From assembly GCA_000004985.1 (NCBI GenBank), contig GG738858.1: 64,000 nt of DNA; one strand, given 5' to 3'. The position numbers were made by a program, and so were the translations under genes. The stretch comes from Naegleria gruberi. Lineage: Eukaryota. The notes beneath the pieces were generated by a model that was not told the DNA's origin, did no database searches, and saw only the letters and a list, made by a program, of their open reading frames with translations. Every line of letters starts with the position of its first letter. The stretch's first letter is position 1. Positions 23,028-34,564 of this stretch are shown in pieces.

Positions 23028-24497
23028 TTTGGACAAAAAGTGTTTCGTGCAAGTTACATGGTCATAAATTAAACCTAACTGGGATTCATACGGATTCCAT
23101 GGTATTGAAATTTCCTTAATGGGAAGTCTACAGTTTGTTTGTCAACTATGAGTACGGACTGCATGACAAGGTCAACTTACAATTGGTTCCTCAACACTTT
23201 TAAACAAATTCCATTTTATTAATCACAAAGCTTACAATCTAACATGTTTCAGTGCACAAAATAATCTCTGTCAGAAAAATAAGCTTACTGGTACAGTTAT
23301 ATCTGCATACCAAATCAATTAATTTGGACGGTTGATATAGAACACAATTATGAGAGAACCAATAGAAAGTATGAATATTTGCAAGACCAGATACACAAAT
23401 CCATTTAGAATTTTAAAAAGATATTTTCTGTTTATCCGACTACACACCAATAAATACGAAAATAATGAGCTTTATTCTACACGCGCAATATATGATGTAA
23501 ACAACTTTGACATCATACCCATTCCACTTGAACTGTTTCAAAGAAATTTCATGAAATGCATACAGTCTTTTAAGAATTCAAGTTTGACGCCTCCTGTCCC
23601 TTTACCAATTTTAACCTGTAATTTGCACAAACCTAAATGGTACTTTTTGAGATAATTAAAAATGTGTCCTTGGATACGGTTAGAAAATAGGAAACCCATG
23701 CCATTTCATTTTCATGAATACTATAAAGGTTTTTTATAATGGAGTTTTAAAAGTAATTCAAGTTTGGACAAAAAGTGTTTCGTGTAAGTTACATGATCAT
23801 AAATTAAACCTAACTGGGATTCACACGGATTCCATGGTATTGAAATTTCCTTACTGGGAAGTCTACTGTTTGTTTGTCAACTGAGTACGGACTGCATGAC
23901 AAGGTCAACTTACAATTGGTTCCTCAACAATTTTAAACAAATTCCATTTTATTAATCACATAGCTTACAATCTAACATGTTTCAGTGCACAAAATAATCT
24001 CTGTCAGAAAAAAAAGCTTACTGGTACAGTTATATCTGCATACCAAATCAATTAATTTGGACGGTTGATATAGAACACAATTATGAGAGAACCAATAGAA
24101 AGTATGAATATTTGCAAGACCAGATACACAAATCCATTTAGAATTTTAAAAAGATATTTTCTGTTTATCCGACTACACACCAATAAATACGAAAATAATG
24201 AGCTTTATTCTACACGTGCCATATATGATGTAAACAACTTTGACATCATACCCATTCCACTTGAACTGTTTCAAAGAAATTTCATGAAATGCATACAGTC
24301 TTTTAAGAATTCAAGTTTGACGCCTCCTGTCCCTTTACCAATTTTAACCTGTAATTTGCACAAACCTAAATGGTACTTTTTGAGATAATTAAAAATGTGT
24401 CCTTGGATACGGTTAGAAAATAGGAAACCCATGCCATTTCATTTTCATGAATACTATAAAGGTTTTTTATAATGGAGTTTTAAAAGTAATTCAAGTT
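23028..24497. repeat. Two tandem, about 97% identical copies of a 733-bp unit (copy 1 about 23028-23760, copy 2 about 23761-24497), each containing an identical 101-aa ORF (23350-23655 and 24083-24388)
   Basis: Direct read-through identity of the two units. Differences are limited to a few substitutions and small indels. The period comes from the ORF offset (24083-23350=733). Confidence 0.9.
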
Positions 24498-24539
24498 TAC
24501 AACCGGATGACATCCAGGTTACAATAAAATTAAAAAAAA

Positions 24540-25288
24540 ATGAAACAAGCAATCAAGCAACTCATTCGCACTTCCAAATCTTGTAAATTTTCTCCTCTTG
24601 CATCTACAAGTACATGCTTGTCAAGTACAGTGTCGATGACATCATCATCATTGAATAATATTTCTCGCAATTTTCATTCCGATCTTATTCATGAAGCCTT
24701 GCAAGAAAATTCCGAACAAGCACAAAAAACAACACACTATGCTACAACATCACTCGGAAAAACAACCAAAACACCAACAATATTCTATCAACGATCACCT
24801 GAGGAATGGGTTAAATTATTTAAATTGAGACAAGAATATGGAATTATTGGTCATATGGGATTTAGAATTGTAGATATTCCAAAAGGTGAGTTTGAATTAA
24901 AATTATATTGATGGAAGTTTGTTAAATATTGGTGGAAAAAGAGGGTGAATTGATTGCTGAAATGACAGCTTCTCAATTCCACATGGCTCCAAATCAATAC
25001 ATGCATGCTGCTTCGATTGTGTTTTTGGCTGATACTGCTGCTGGATTTGGATGCTATTGTAATTTACCAAGTACACATCACAAATTTACAACAATTGAAT
25101 TGAAATCCAATTTTATTTCATCATCAAAGGTTGGAAAACGTGTGGTTTGTAGAGCTCAATTAGTTCATGCTGGTAAATCAACTCAAGTGTGGGATGCTCT
25201 TGTTTTTGAAGATGAATTGGATAGTGGAAAATTGATGGCTACCTTTAGATGCACCCAAATTGTAATGGATTCTAGAGATAAACAATAA
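24540..25288 (+). CDS. PaaI/THEM2-type hotdog-fold acyl-CoA thioesterase with N-terminal presequence, two exons (intron about 24888-24946)
   Basis: Exon 2 GELIAEMTASQFHMAPNQYMHAASIVFLADTAAGF..LVHAGKSTQVWDALVFE is the 4HBT/PaaI hotdog core. GTGAGT donor after PKG. N-terminus is Ser/Thr-rich with basic residues (mitochondrial-presequence-like). Confidence 0.7.
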
Positions 25289-25377
25289 CAGAGCAGCTCA
25301 GTTTGAAAATAAATCAATAGAAACCAGATTATTGAAACAGGTAATCTAATTCAATAGTAAGATTTTAAGGAAGTGCA

Positions 25378-25495
25378 TGGCTACGGCCATATCACGATGA
25401 AAGCACCTCATCCCGTCCGATTTGAGAAGTTAAGCATCGTCGAGCCACATCAGTACTGAGGTTGGAGACAACTTGGGAACCTGTGGTGCTGTAGT
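25378..25495 (+). rRNA. 5S ribosomal RNA gene, copy 1, followed by a T5 run
   Basis: GGCTACGGCCATATCACGATGAAAGCACCTCATCCCGTCCGATTTGAGAAGTTAAGC..GGGAACCTGTGGTGCTGTAGTC matches conserved 5S blocks (GCCATA.CAC, ATCCCGTCCGAT.TG, GAAGTTAAGC, GGGAA.ACC.GGTGCTGTAG). T-run Pol III terminator directly 3'. Confidence 0.9.
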
Positions 25496-25528
25496 CTTTT
25501 TACTTCATAGTCAATAGTCAACCAATAA

Positions 25529-26818
25529 ATGATGTGCAAGGTTTTTTACAAAATAAAAAAAATGTCTTTACAACCTCTCAAAGAAACCATCACAATAGGA
25601 CTTATAGGGGATTATTCTTATTTTGCTGAACGATTTTTCAAGCAATTTAAACTAATTTCAAAATCCAGAACCATCAATTTCGATCACATTGTTTCCGATA
25701 CGAGTAAATTAATTCAATTTGTGAGCATTGCACCTTTTCAATGCTCCATCACAAATATGAACAAGGCTTTGGTAGTCTCGGATTATGCTATTATAATTGT
25801 AGGAACTAATGTTGATGAGGATATCATGAAAAAACGATTAGTAGATTGTATTCGAATGGTGAATTATTCGTTAATGGATAGAATTTTATTGGTGGTGGAT
25901 GATTATAGGAATGGTAAATATGATGATGATAGAGGTTACGATTGGATTAGAGAAGTGATTAGAAAGGAATCAATGGTTGAATTTACCTATGATATATTAT
26001 ATTGGAATTCATTTGACAAATTAAATGATTGGATCAAGTCGTTGCCTGTTAAAAAGGATATTGAACGATTGGCTTCTCAACCTGTAAGAGTGCGAATGTT
26101 GCAAACTGTTTATGCTTATGGTAGAAAGTATAGGCAGTTTAGTTATTGTCTTTTTAAAGTATTAAGTGGAATAGTTCATCAAGGTCAGGACATTTGTTTT
26201 AATACCAACAATGGAGAAAAAAAATTTAAAGTGAATGGCCACTATAATTACTCAGCTCTATCTAATAATATTGAAAGGCCAAAAGTATTTCTACCAGGTC
26301 AAATATTCTGTGTTGCCAATTGTTTAATGGAATTGATTCCTGAAGATAGTTGTACGGAGTATAAACACTTTATTAGTGGAAATTACTACTCTGAAATGAC
26401 CAAGAAAATTAAGGTAGACTCTTTTTGGATTGAATATACTCATTTCGGCTCAAACAATATCAGTAAGGAAATATTTGTAAATAGAATATGTTTGATTTTT
26501 TGCAACTCGAAACTATGTGGACGAATAGAACGAATAAAAAATTCTGAAGGAAAGGGAATGAGAATTGAGATTAAGGTGTTTGACAGGGTTCAATCAGGGC
26601 ACGACAGGTTATTTTCTCAACATGGCTTCCTAACAACATTCGAAAAGAGTTTCCAATTTGGAAGGGTTTTACTAGGTAATAGAAAGGAAATGATTGGCTT
26701 TGGAAAAGTAATATCAGTAATTTATCAAGACATGGACACGAATACCTTGCTTATTGAACATCCCATAAGCTTATTTTCAAAAATTCCAAAGCACTTAAAA
26801 GATATTCATATTGTGTAA
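25529..26818 (+). CDS. Hypothetical protein (429 aa)
   Basis: Single long ORF with A-run before the ATG. No confident domain call. Confidence 0.45.
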   Translation: MMCKVFYKIKKMSLQPLKETITIGLIGDYSYFAERFFKQFKLISKSRTINFDHIVSDTSKLIQFVSIAPFQCSITNMNKALVVSDYAIIIVGTNVDEDIMKKRLVDCIRMVNYSLMDRILLVVDDYRNGKYDDDRGYDWIREVIRKESMVEFTYDILYWNSFDKLNDWIKSLPVKKDIERLASQPVRVRMLQTVYAYGRKYRQFSYCLFKVLSGIVHQGQDICFNTNNGEKKFKVNGHYNYSALSNNIERPKVFLPGQIFCVANCLMELIPEDSCTEYKHFISGNYYSEMTKKIKVDSFWIEYTHFGSNNISKEIFVNRICLIFCNSKLCGRIERIKNSEGKGMRIEIKVFDRVQSGHDRLFSQHGFLTTFEKSFQFGRVLLGNRKEMIGFGKVISVIYQDMDTNTLLIEHPISLFSKIPKHLKDIHIV

Positions 26819-26854
26819 TGTTATTATCTAAGAGTTAATTAAGCCAAAAGGATT

Positions 26855-26937
26855 TGCCAGCGGTGGGGTTCGAACCCACGAACCCATTCGGGATAAGATC
26901 TTAAGTCTTACGCATTTGACCACTCTGCTACGCGGGC
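26855..26937 (-). tRNA. tRNA-Leu (anticodon UAA), class II with long variable arm, 83 nt
   Basis: Minus-strand read GCCCGCG TA GCAG AGTGGTCAAA TGCG TAAGA CTTAAGA TCTTA ..GTGGG TTCGAAC CCCAC CGCTGGC A. T-loop GGTTCGAAC, anticodon loop CUUAAGA. The acceptor stem has one C-U mismatch at pair 4. Confidence 0.8.
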
Positions 26938-27013
26938 TGGTGATAACGAATAATTTTTCTATTTCAAACACACACGATCTAGGATAAAGGTTTTGATTTT
27001 CATAATTATCCCT

Positions 27014-28027
27014 TTAATAATTTACAAAAGTTGCTTTTCTCTTTGTCTTTGGTGGAGGTTTAACACTAAATGACGAAACTGCATTCTTTCCATATTGATA
27101 AGTCGCATATTCCTCTAGCTCATTACTATCCCACAATTCATCGTTATCGTCATCATGCTCCTCTTTTTGACAACCTACAATCTGCCCCACTTTTAAGAAT
27201 AATTGTCTATAGATAGTATCCAATAATTCAAAATGATGAAACGACTCATCGATTCCATCATATCCAACTGGCTCATAACCAATATCAAATACACTCTGCA
27301 TGTTACTCACAATATACTTTGAATTGTTCTTGTAGAAATTACTCCCAATTGCATGATCATTTCTATTCATATGGTATTTTAAATTGTTGATTAGCACATA
27401 ACCTTTATCCGTTAGTGAAAATTTAAGAACTACAGGAAATCCACAATAGGAAAAGATAATGCATTCAGTTTCTTTCAGATCTTGTGAGAGTAAATAAACC
27501 CAACAGTGGGCATTAATTATTTTGAATTCAATGTCACATATATCCATAAATTTGACACTTTCAAAATCTTGCAATAAATATTTCATTTCATTTGCCTCAT
27601 TGACTTTCCTTACCATCTCCTTCAAGTATTTCACATTATTCTTCTTTCTACTATTAAAAGAAGCGAATATGTCCCCAATTTTAGAATATTTTCCTCGTTC
27701 ACCAGGTGTTTTATAAACCTTGATGAGTAAGTTCAATAATTCAACATGACTTTTCAAATTATTCACAAGAGAAGGTCCTCTAATGTTGCTCCTGTCAGTG
27801 CTAGTATTAAACTCAAAGCCTAAACTCAACAAAATTCTCAGCCTTTCCTTCGCATCATTGTTTAATTGGAAGAAATGATGTAAATAGTCCCTTGCAAAAT
27901 TTTCATCACGACAAATGGTAAACCAGTGTTTGTTTACGAGTTGGATGCTGGCTAGTTGATATGGGCAGAGGTAGAGAAACAGCATTTGTAGCAAATCGTC
28001 ATAGAGTGGATGGCGGAGTAATGACAT
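27014..28027 (-). CDS. F-box-like domain protein (337 aa)
   Basis: N-terminal LLQMLFLYLCPYQLASIQLVNKHWFTICRDENF resembles an F-box. The rest is unassigned. Confidence 0.45.
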   Translation of the reverse strand: MSLLRHPLYDDLLQMLFLYLCPYQLASIQLVNKHWFTICRDENFARDYLHHFFQLNNDAKERLRILLSLGFEFNTSTDRSNIRGPSLVNNLKSHVELLNLLIKVYKTPGERGKYSKIGDIFASFNSRKKNNVKYLKEMVRKVNEANEMKYLLQDFESVKFMDICDIEFKIINAHCWVYLLSQDLKETECIIFSYCGFPVVLKFSLTDKGYVLINNLKYHMNRNDHAIGSNFYKNNSKYIVSNMQSVFDIGYEPVGYDGIDESFHHFELLDTIYRQLFLKVGQIVGCQKEEHDDDNDELWDSNELEEYATYQYGKNAVSSFSVKPPPKTKRKATFVNY

Positions 28028-28523
28028 TTTTTTTTAAAATGTTTATTTTTTGGAAGAGTTTACAATATCCATCACGAACTGGATAATTAGCATCGAGAAA
28101 AAAGACTTTATTAATTATTCTAAATTAATATTAAAATATTTCATAGCAAGTTAAATAATAAACGAGGAAAATTATTCTGTTAAGAAGATTTTTGCGGTCT
28201 CATAGTTTACAGGGCAACCATATATGGAATTGACTCATTTGGAAGGATAATGGAAGAAATAATAGAAAGTACAGTTTATAGATATTACTTTACAATCTCA
28301 ACGTTTTTCAAGCTGTTTACTATCAACTGGTTAATAGATGGCCAGCTTTTTGGAATCTTATTCGAAACTCACATCAACACTAAAATAAGGTGGCATTGCC
28401 CTTCAAATATTGTTTTCACTTGGGTTGTCAAGTTAAGTTCTAATTACAACAGAAATATATGTTTCAGGCATGGGGGAAATGTGGAGTTTTGTCTGAGAAT
28501 GCTCTGGAAGAATCTAGAAAAAA

Positions 28524-29579
28524 ATGTCAGACAATACAAATCTTGTAGCAGACGACATGTTAACAAGTTATGGTACCTCTACATGTAAAGGTATGGATGG
28601 ACATACCCAGAAGAGAAGGAGAATACTGCAGTCTAATTCATTTCTGGATTCACTACTTTGTCAGTTTTTTGGTATTTCACATGCAATATTTATTGTGAAA
28701 ACATGTGCCACAAAGAAGAGATTCACACAATTCATCAAGTACTTGATAAGACTCTTTCTATTTCTCATCTTTTTTGGAGTTTCTTCAATGATTGGTAAGA
28801 TAGTCACCATGGTATTCGTTGTGCCAAGAGTTGATGTGCATGCACCACCTGCTTCTGATATTTTACTGGATACTTTTTCACATGCAAATCCTCAAGCATT
28901 CAAAGCAACAGAAATCATGACAGCTTGTTTGGTTTTTCTACTGGTTATCATTAGTGTTGTGCATGGAAGGGAGAGGAGTTTTATTCTGTATAGATTCTTG
29001 TTTATTAGTGGAACCCTAATCAATTTGAGAACTCTATGTATTAGTATAACAACATTTAGTATTCCGTCGAGGGAGCTCTCTCATCAGTGCTCCAAACTCC
29101 AAGAGCTGACTCAAGACAAGTTGTTGTGGAAATCTGTTAACTTTTTCGAGTTTAGTGAAACATGTGGTGATTATGTCTTCTCTGGACATGCCACAGCACT
29201 CATCATTGTAGCATGGTTTGTTTGGTATTATGGAAGGAGTATTTCAATAGTGTCATCGAAATTCCCACCAGTGTTCAACAAGTTGATGAATTTCCTCTTG
29301 GTGAGTTTGGTGATTGTTGGATGCATGTGTATTCTGTTTGCTAAGGAACATTATTCGGTCGATGTGGTTTTAGGAGGAGTGATATCGATCATGTGGTGTA
29401 TACTGTATCATTTGTTGTTGGAAGGATATAGAAGACAATGTGAGGAGAAACATGTCGGAGAGGAAATTGAGAAGTGCGGAAAATGTTCTGTACAGTTGTG
29501 TATCCATTTATGGTTTAGAATGGTAGAAGGCAATTGGAAGAAGCACGAGGATTCAGAAAGTGTTTATAATATCCTTTGA
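28524..29579 (+). CDS. Sphingomyelin-synthase-family (SMS/SMSr-like, PAP2 superfamily) multi-pass membrane enzyme
   Basis: SMS motifs D3 CGDYVFSGHA and D4 HYSVDVVLGGVISIMWCILYH. Six predicted TM segments. An upstream ORF at 28250-28588 may contribute a 5' exon. Confidence 0.7.
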   Translation: MSDNTNLVADDMLTSYGTSTCKGMDGHTQKRRRILQSNSFLDSLLCQFFGISHAIFIVKTCATKKRFTQFIKYLIRLFLFLIFFGVSSMIGKIVTMVFVVPRVDVHAPPASDILLDTFSHANPQAFKATEIMTACLVFLLVIISVVHGRERSFILYRFLFISGTLINLRTLCISITTFSIPSRELSHQCSKLQELTQDKLLWKSVNFFEFSETCGDYVFSGHATALIIVAWFVWYYGRSISIVSSKFPPVFNKLMNFLLVSLVIVGCMCILFAKEHYSVDVVLGGVISIMWCILYHLLLEGYRRQCEEKHVGEEIEKCGKCSVQLCIHLWFRMVEGNWKKHEDSESVYNIL

Positions 29580-30133
29580 TTCCTAACTATTCAAAATATC
29601 TTCAATCTAAGCCCAAAACTGCTTACTAGCATCTCTCCCAGAACCAATGAATACAAATATCAGTACACATCTCTCAAACAGTTCATAAAGCAAAAGATTT
29701 AATATAATAATTTGAAACACATGATATTTAGACAAAAACTGAAATACTTGGCACGTTTTTGGAAAATTCAATCACTCTCTCGGATACTCCAAATAATTGT
29801 ATTACATCTATTGTAAAAAACTTCCATTATTATTGTACATCTTTATAATAATTTGAGAGAGATTGAAAACATTTCAAATATCCTTCGGTTTAAAGCAAGC
29901 ATTACTTTCCCGCCAAAACTTCTTCAGTTCTCGAAATTCTAAAAATCCTCAAAAAAAAACAAGTCAATTAAGAGAGAGATTGTTCTTCGTTGGAGATTGA
30001 ATAGGCATTATCAAGTAAAACTGAGGATTTTCTAATAGGAAGAGGATCCATTCCGACTTTGTTCATTTAGTGTATATAGAATTGTTTCAAAAAACTCGAG
30101 TTTCTAATTCTTGTTCCATCGATTGGAAACATC

Positions 30134-31150
30134 ATGTCCTTAATGGTTAGGAATGTTCAGAAGAGAAGGTCGTTTCAAATGGCTTTCTTACTTGTAATAG
30201 TAGTAATTTTGAATTCAATCATCAATCAGCATTCAACATGTTTCGGAATGAAGTTGAACATTAATTTACAAGGAGGTGTGCAAGTGGCCGATTCTTTAGA
30301 GTTTCCCTTTATGGCCTCTCTTCAATATTCATCAGATCCTGCAGTGAATGCTCCAAATCATCGTTGTGGAGGAACCATCATTGCAAAGAAGTGGATTCTC
30401 ACTGCTGGACATTGTGTTGTGATGGATAGGAAAACTCTGGCAGCTGAAAAACTAACAGTGATGGTTGGGTCGAACAAATTGTCGACGTGTAGCTTGATTG
30501 GATTCTTTGATAAGAGTCAGTCAATTCTCAGATTTTGGAATTGTGTGAGAGCTAGAGTGAAGAATGTGATTGTGCATCCAACTTATTTGAGCTCTTTTAG
30601 TATTGCTGATGTGGCCTTATTGGAATTGTATGATGAGCTTCCGTTTAGTGCAACTATTCAACCTATTGCATTGACCCTGAAGAGGCCATCCTTTGATGTT
30701 CCTCATGTGGTCTCTGGTTGGGGTTATCATGATGAAACCAATAAGGTTGCTGATGTTTTGAGGAAGGGTTACCTCCCAATTGTTCCCGATGACAAGTGTA
30801 ATGCCTTGAGATTGGGAATGTCAACAGCAAGAGGACAAACTTGTGCTGGAGCTGGAGAAGGAGTGGATACATGTGCTGGTGATTCAGGTGGACCATTATT
30901 CTTCTTTCAAAACAGTAAATGGACTCAAACTGGATTGACCAGTTATGGACCAGCAGGTTGTGGAACAACAGCAAGTTATAGCAATCGAGGAGTTTACACC
31001 TCAGTCGATTTCTTTAGTAGTTGGATTATGCAACAGACCAACATTACTGCTCAGGGAAATGTTACAAGAATATTGTACAGTTCGAGCCCTAGAGCACCTT
31101 TACACATTTTTGCCTTACTACTTTCAATCGTTTTAGCATTTTTGATATAG
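30134..31150 (+). CDS. Trypsin-like (S1 family) serine protease with signal peptide and hydrophobic C-terminal tail (possible GPI/TM anchor)
   Basis: Catalytic triad contexts LTAGHCV (His), DVALLEL (Asp), GDSGGPL (Ser). N-terminal signal AFLLVIVVILNS. C-terminal LHIFALLLSIVLAFLI. Confidence 0.85.
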   Translation: MSLMVRNVQKRRSFQMAFLLVIVVILNSIINQHSTCFGMKLNINLQGGVQVADSLEFPFMASLQYSSDPAVNAPNHRCGGTIIAKKWILTAGHCVVMDRKTLAAEKLTVMVGSNKLSTCSLIGFFDKSQSILRFWNCVRARVKNVIVHPTYLSSFSIADVALLELYDELPFSATIQPIALTLKRPSFDVPHVVSGWGYHDETNKVADVLRKGYLPIVPDDKCNALRLGMSTARGQTCAGAGEGVDTCAGDSGGPLFFFQNSKWTQTGLTSYGPAGCGTTASYSNRGVYTSVDFFSSWIMQQTNITAQGNVTRILYSSSPRAPLHIFALLLSIVLAFLI

Positions 31151-31214
31151 GTTTTGTAAATAACAAATGAGAATGTAAATAATAACAACAAATAAAATCT
31201 TATTAATTTGATCT

Positions 31215-34200
31215 TTAAAGACCTTTGAACATTCCTCCTGAAAAGGTCTCTCTTCCTTCTGTGCAGTTCTTGATAATCTTGAATGGCTCTGAGATGTGGA
31301 ATCTGCTATAGGTATCAAGTAAATTGTAAATTAATTCAATTTCCAAATTATCCATTATTGAACTTAATTCGTTCTTGTCAATAGAATCAAAATCCAAAAC
31401 TTCAATTTGAGTACACCAGTGCTCGAAGGAAACACGAGTTCTGGCAGAAATATTTACAGTCATTGGACTTCCGTTTTGAATGTACAAGTATTTCCACTCC
31501 AATACTTCTTTTTTAAAGTCTGGCCAAGTTTTGATGGACTCCTCAGAATTGTTAACCCACATTTCTTGATATTTTTTAGCTTGGAATGTTCTAAGCCAAA
31601 GGGATAGATTCTCCAATGAAAACTCAGACTTGCAAAATGCTTTGAAAATCTTCATTAAATGTTGCGACTCAATCAAAGAGTAAATTTCTGCAAATTCTGT
31701 CTTTGAATTTCTAATCCTTGTTTCCATTACCTTAATTTTGCTAGTAGCATATTTTGAATACAAAGAGGCAACGACTGCCACACCTCCATAAACTCCAATA
31801 AAGCAACAAGTCATTAATATTTCAAATGTATAGCTCAAGGAATCAAGAGTCAATAATTGATACACCTGCACCTCTGTCAACCCAGTATTGTACCTAAAAT
31901 CAAGACTTCTAAATCCTACAATATATGAGGCGATGAAAAATAGCATTCCAATAGTATAGATAACTGCGTCTACTCTAAACAATAATCGGTCGTTTGTAAT
32001 CCAGTAGTGGTATATCTTTGATGGAGTTGTATTTTTACCAAATAAATTTTTCAATTTGTGAACTTGGTTCTTTGTTGAAGATTCAGTGGCAGTACCACCA
32101 GTAGTTTCATTCTCCATAGATGTAATTTCATCACTGATATCACACATTTCATCTGATATTTGTTTAGATCTAAAATCCAAGCGCAAATCTACAACAAAAA
32201 CTGTAATCACACAGGCCATGAGTGAAATCATTATCAGGAAATGAGATATGGACCCTGCTAATGAGTACTGTCTGGCATCAAATACCTCTGTGGCTCTAAG
32301 AATGACTAACAATACAAAGTAAAGAGCAATAATAACACCAATAATAGCCAATAATCCAAATAGAAAGGCATTACTCTTGAGCGTATGGATCCATTTCCTT
32401 CCAATACTTCCCTTGTTCTTGGAATCAACAAATGTCATCCACTCATAATAGTATCTGTAAAACATGTATCTGAGACACACGAACAGATAGCAGCAAACAG
32501 AAATAGATACTAAACTGGATGTGACAACCACTTGGATATTGTTAACTATTGAAGTAGGGCTACTGCTTGAGGGACCTTGTGGTGGACTAGATCCCAATTT
32601 GGCGCCATTCGATGCAATTGTAAAGGCCAACCAAATGAATAAACTTGCAAGGCCAATGTAAGGGAAGAATTGTCTACTCTTTACGGGTTGCTTGTTTCTG
32701 AAAATTATTAATCCAACCACTACAGCACAAATACTAATCAAAAATAAGGATGATATTACAATTTTGACAATCATTAATCCACTATCAATTGCTGAAATCT
32801 TTTTCAAATTAGTATCAGGGCTAACTAGTTGTGAAATAGGAATATACTCCAGGAAGGCAGAGAAGCTAGTAGTATGGTCACAACGACATTGTACTTGATA
32901 ATTTCCCAATACAACTGCACTGCATCCGTAATTGTCCCAAACCTTTGTGACAGTGTTCCAATATCTACAACTAACGTTCTTTGAGTATAGACTTTCATTG
33001 AAGCCTGCTAAGCTTATAGTATCCACATTTTGTGTGTTGAAAACAAACTCGAGAGCATTTGGCAATCCGCTCAGAGGCACATAGTTTCCACCAATGAATG
33101 TTTTAAAACTCATCACGTTACTTATGGAAGTAATGTTTGGATTGGTATTATTTTCAGTTGAAAACCATACACCAATATTATAATTAATAACACCAAATGA
33201 AACATCATTTCCAATATTTTTTACAGAGTCTGGTATGGATATAGAAACTCCAGAGGTGAAGCTTGTTTGATTGGTAACTATTACTTCAAATAATTCAAGA
33301 GCAACCCTAACCAATTTTCTATCAGACCTTATCAGGGAGAGAGTGGATACAGCTTCCATAAGTGTGGTTTGAATATTTGATTCATGTCTGTTGGAATCTG
33401 ATATGACTGGAACTGACAACAAGTTCGAGGAAATATTAAAGCAATCATTCAATACACCTTCTACAAAGAAGGATTCATTGAAAATATTGGCTTTCACTTC
33501 ATCTAGTAATGTAGCAGTCAGATTTGAAACACCGGCTCCTACAAGGAGAGATAGTTCTTCATCAGTTGAATTCCTATTTTCATAAGAACTAATCAAATAA
33601 ATTGTAGAAACATCCTTTGCCTCGAATATAGATTTGATTGATCTATTTGATGCTTCTTTAACAATATTCTTAATTTCAGTCTTGTTCTTCTTTCCCATAT
33701 TTTCTGTAATATCTTTCAAATTACGAGTTGACAAATGTTTCAAATCAGAAACACTCAAACTATTCAAATCAAGTACCATAAAATCAAATTTTGCATTGAA
33801 TAATTTCGTATAATTATACTTTGTTTCAAATACTGTGGCATTCACAAAGTAATCACCAAGTTCAAAAGTGGCAGCTCCAACACTCCAAGTAGAAATATTC
33901 GATTCCAATCTCTCTGCAATCAATCCGCTACTATTATACAATCCAAAACGAAATATTAAATCAGAAAACTTGTCCTGAGCCAATTTGCTCACATCCACCC
34001 ATGCATCCAAGTTTGTTTGTTTCAACAATAAGACAGAACTATCCACTTGCAAATTAAACCATGATCTATTAATTGTTGTCGAAGGATTAACATCACAATT
34101 TAATCCAACATACGGACTCTGACAATCACACACATCTTGCGAACTACATACACCATTCCCTGAGCAAACAGTTGGCACGTTATATCCCTTTCCAAAGCAA

Positions 34201-34564
34201 GTATACGAAGGTTTAGCTGGTGTTTCCTCCCTTTCCAAATTTTCAAACGGAACCAGCTTTCTATTATTCTTGTTATTATTACTATCATTATTTATCAATA
34301 TTAAATTATTCTTCTCTTCATCGATCAATCCAATATTTAACGATGATCGTTGCCTTTCGCTACATGTTGTCCTCCGATGCAACAATGATGATGAAGAAAA
34401 TTACAGTGCTCGTTTTTGTGGTTAATTTTTTGGAGGGAAATTAAATTTGGTGCGTTGAAGATTATTTGTTGTTGATTCTGCTGCTGATAGGATGTTGTTA
34501 GCAAAGTATCAAAGACGAGGAGCAAGAGAAGGATTGTGTTCAACAAGATTGTTGTGATGCTCAT
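31215..34564 (-). CDS. Adhesion-GPCR-like receptor: signal peptide exon (34337-34564), EGF-like Cys-rich module, GPS-like motif, 7TM region and C-terminal RGS domain (main ORF 31215-34385)
   Basis: EGF-like CSGNGVCSSQDVCDCQSPYVGLNCD. GPS-like CRCDHTTSFSAFL just before TM1. Seven hydrophobic helices. C-terminal SLIESQHLMKIFKAFCKSEFSLENLSLWLRTFQAKKY matches the RGS consensus (F..F..EFS.ENL.FW). The joining of the first exon is inferred. Confidence 0.7.

Noticed and set aside
23350-23655. The 101-aa ORF within each 733-bp tandem unit as a confident protein-coding gene
   Set aside because: It has no recognisable domain, atypical composition, and sits in a repeat. I reported it as part of the repeat rather than as a CDS.
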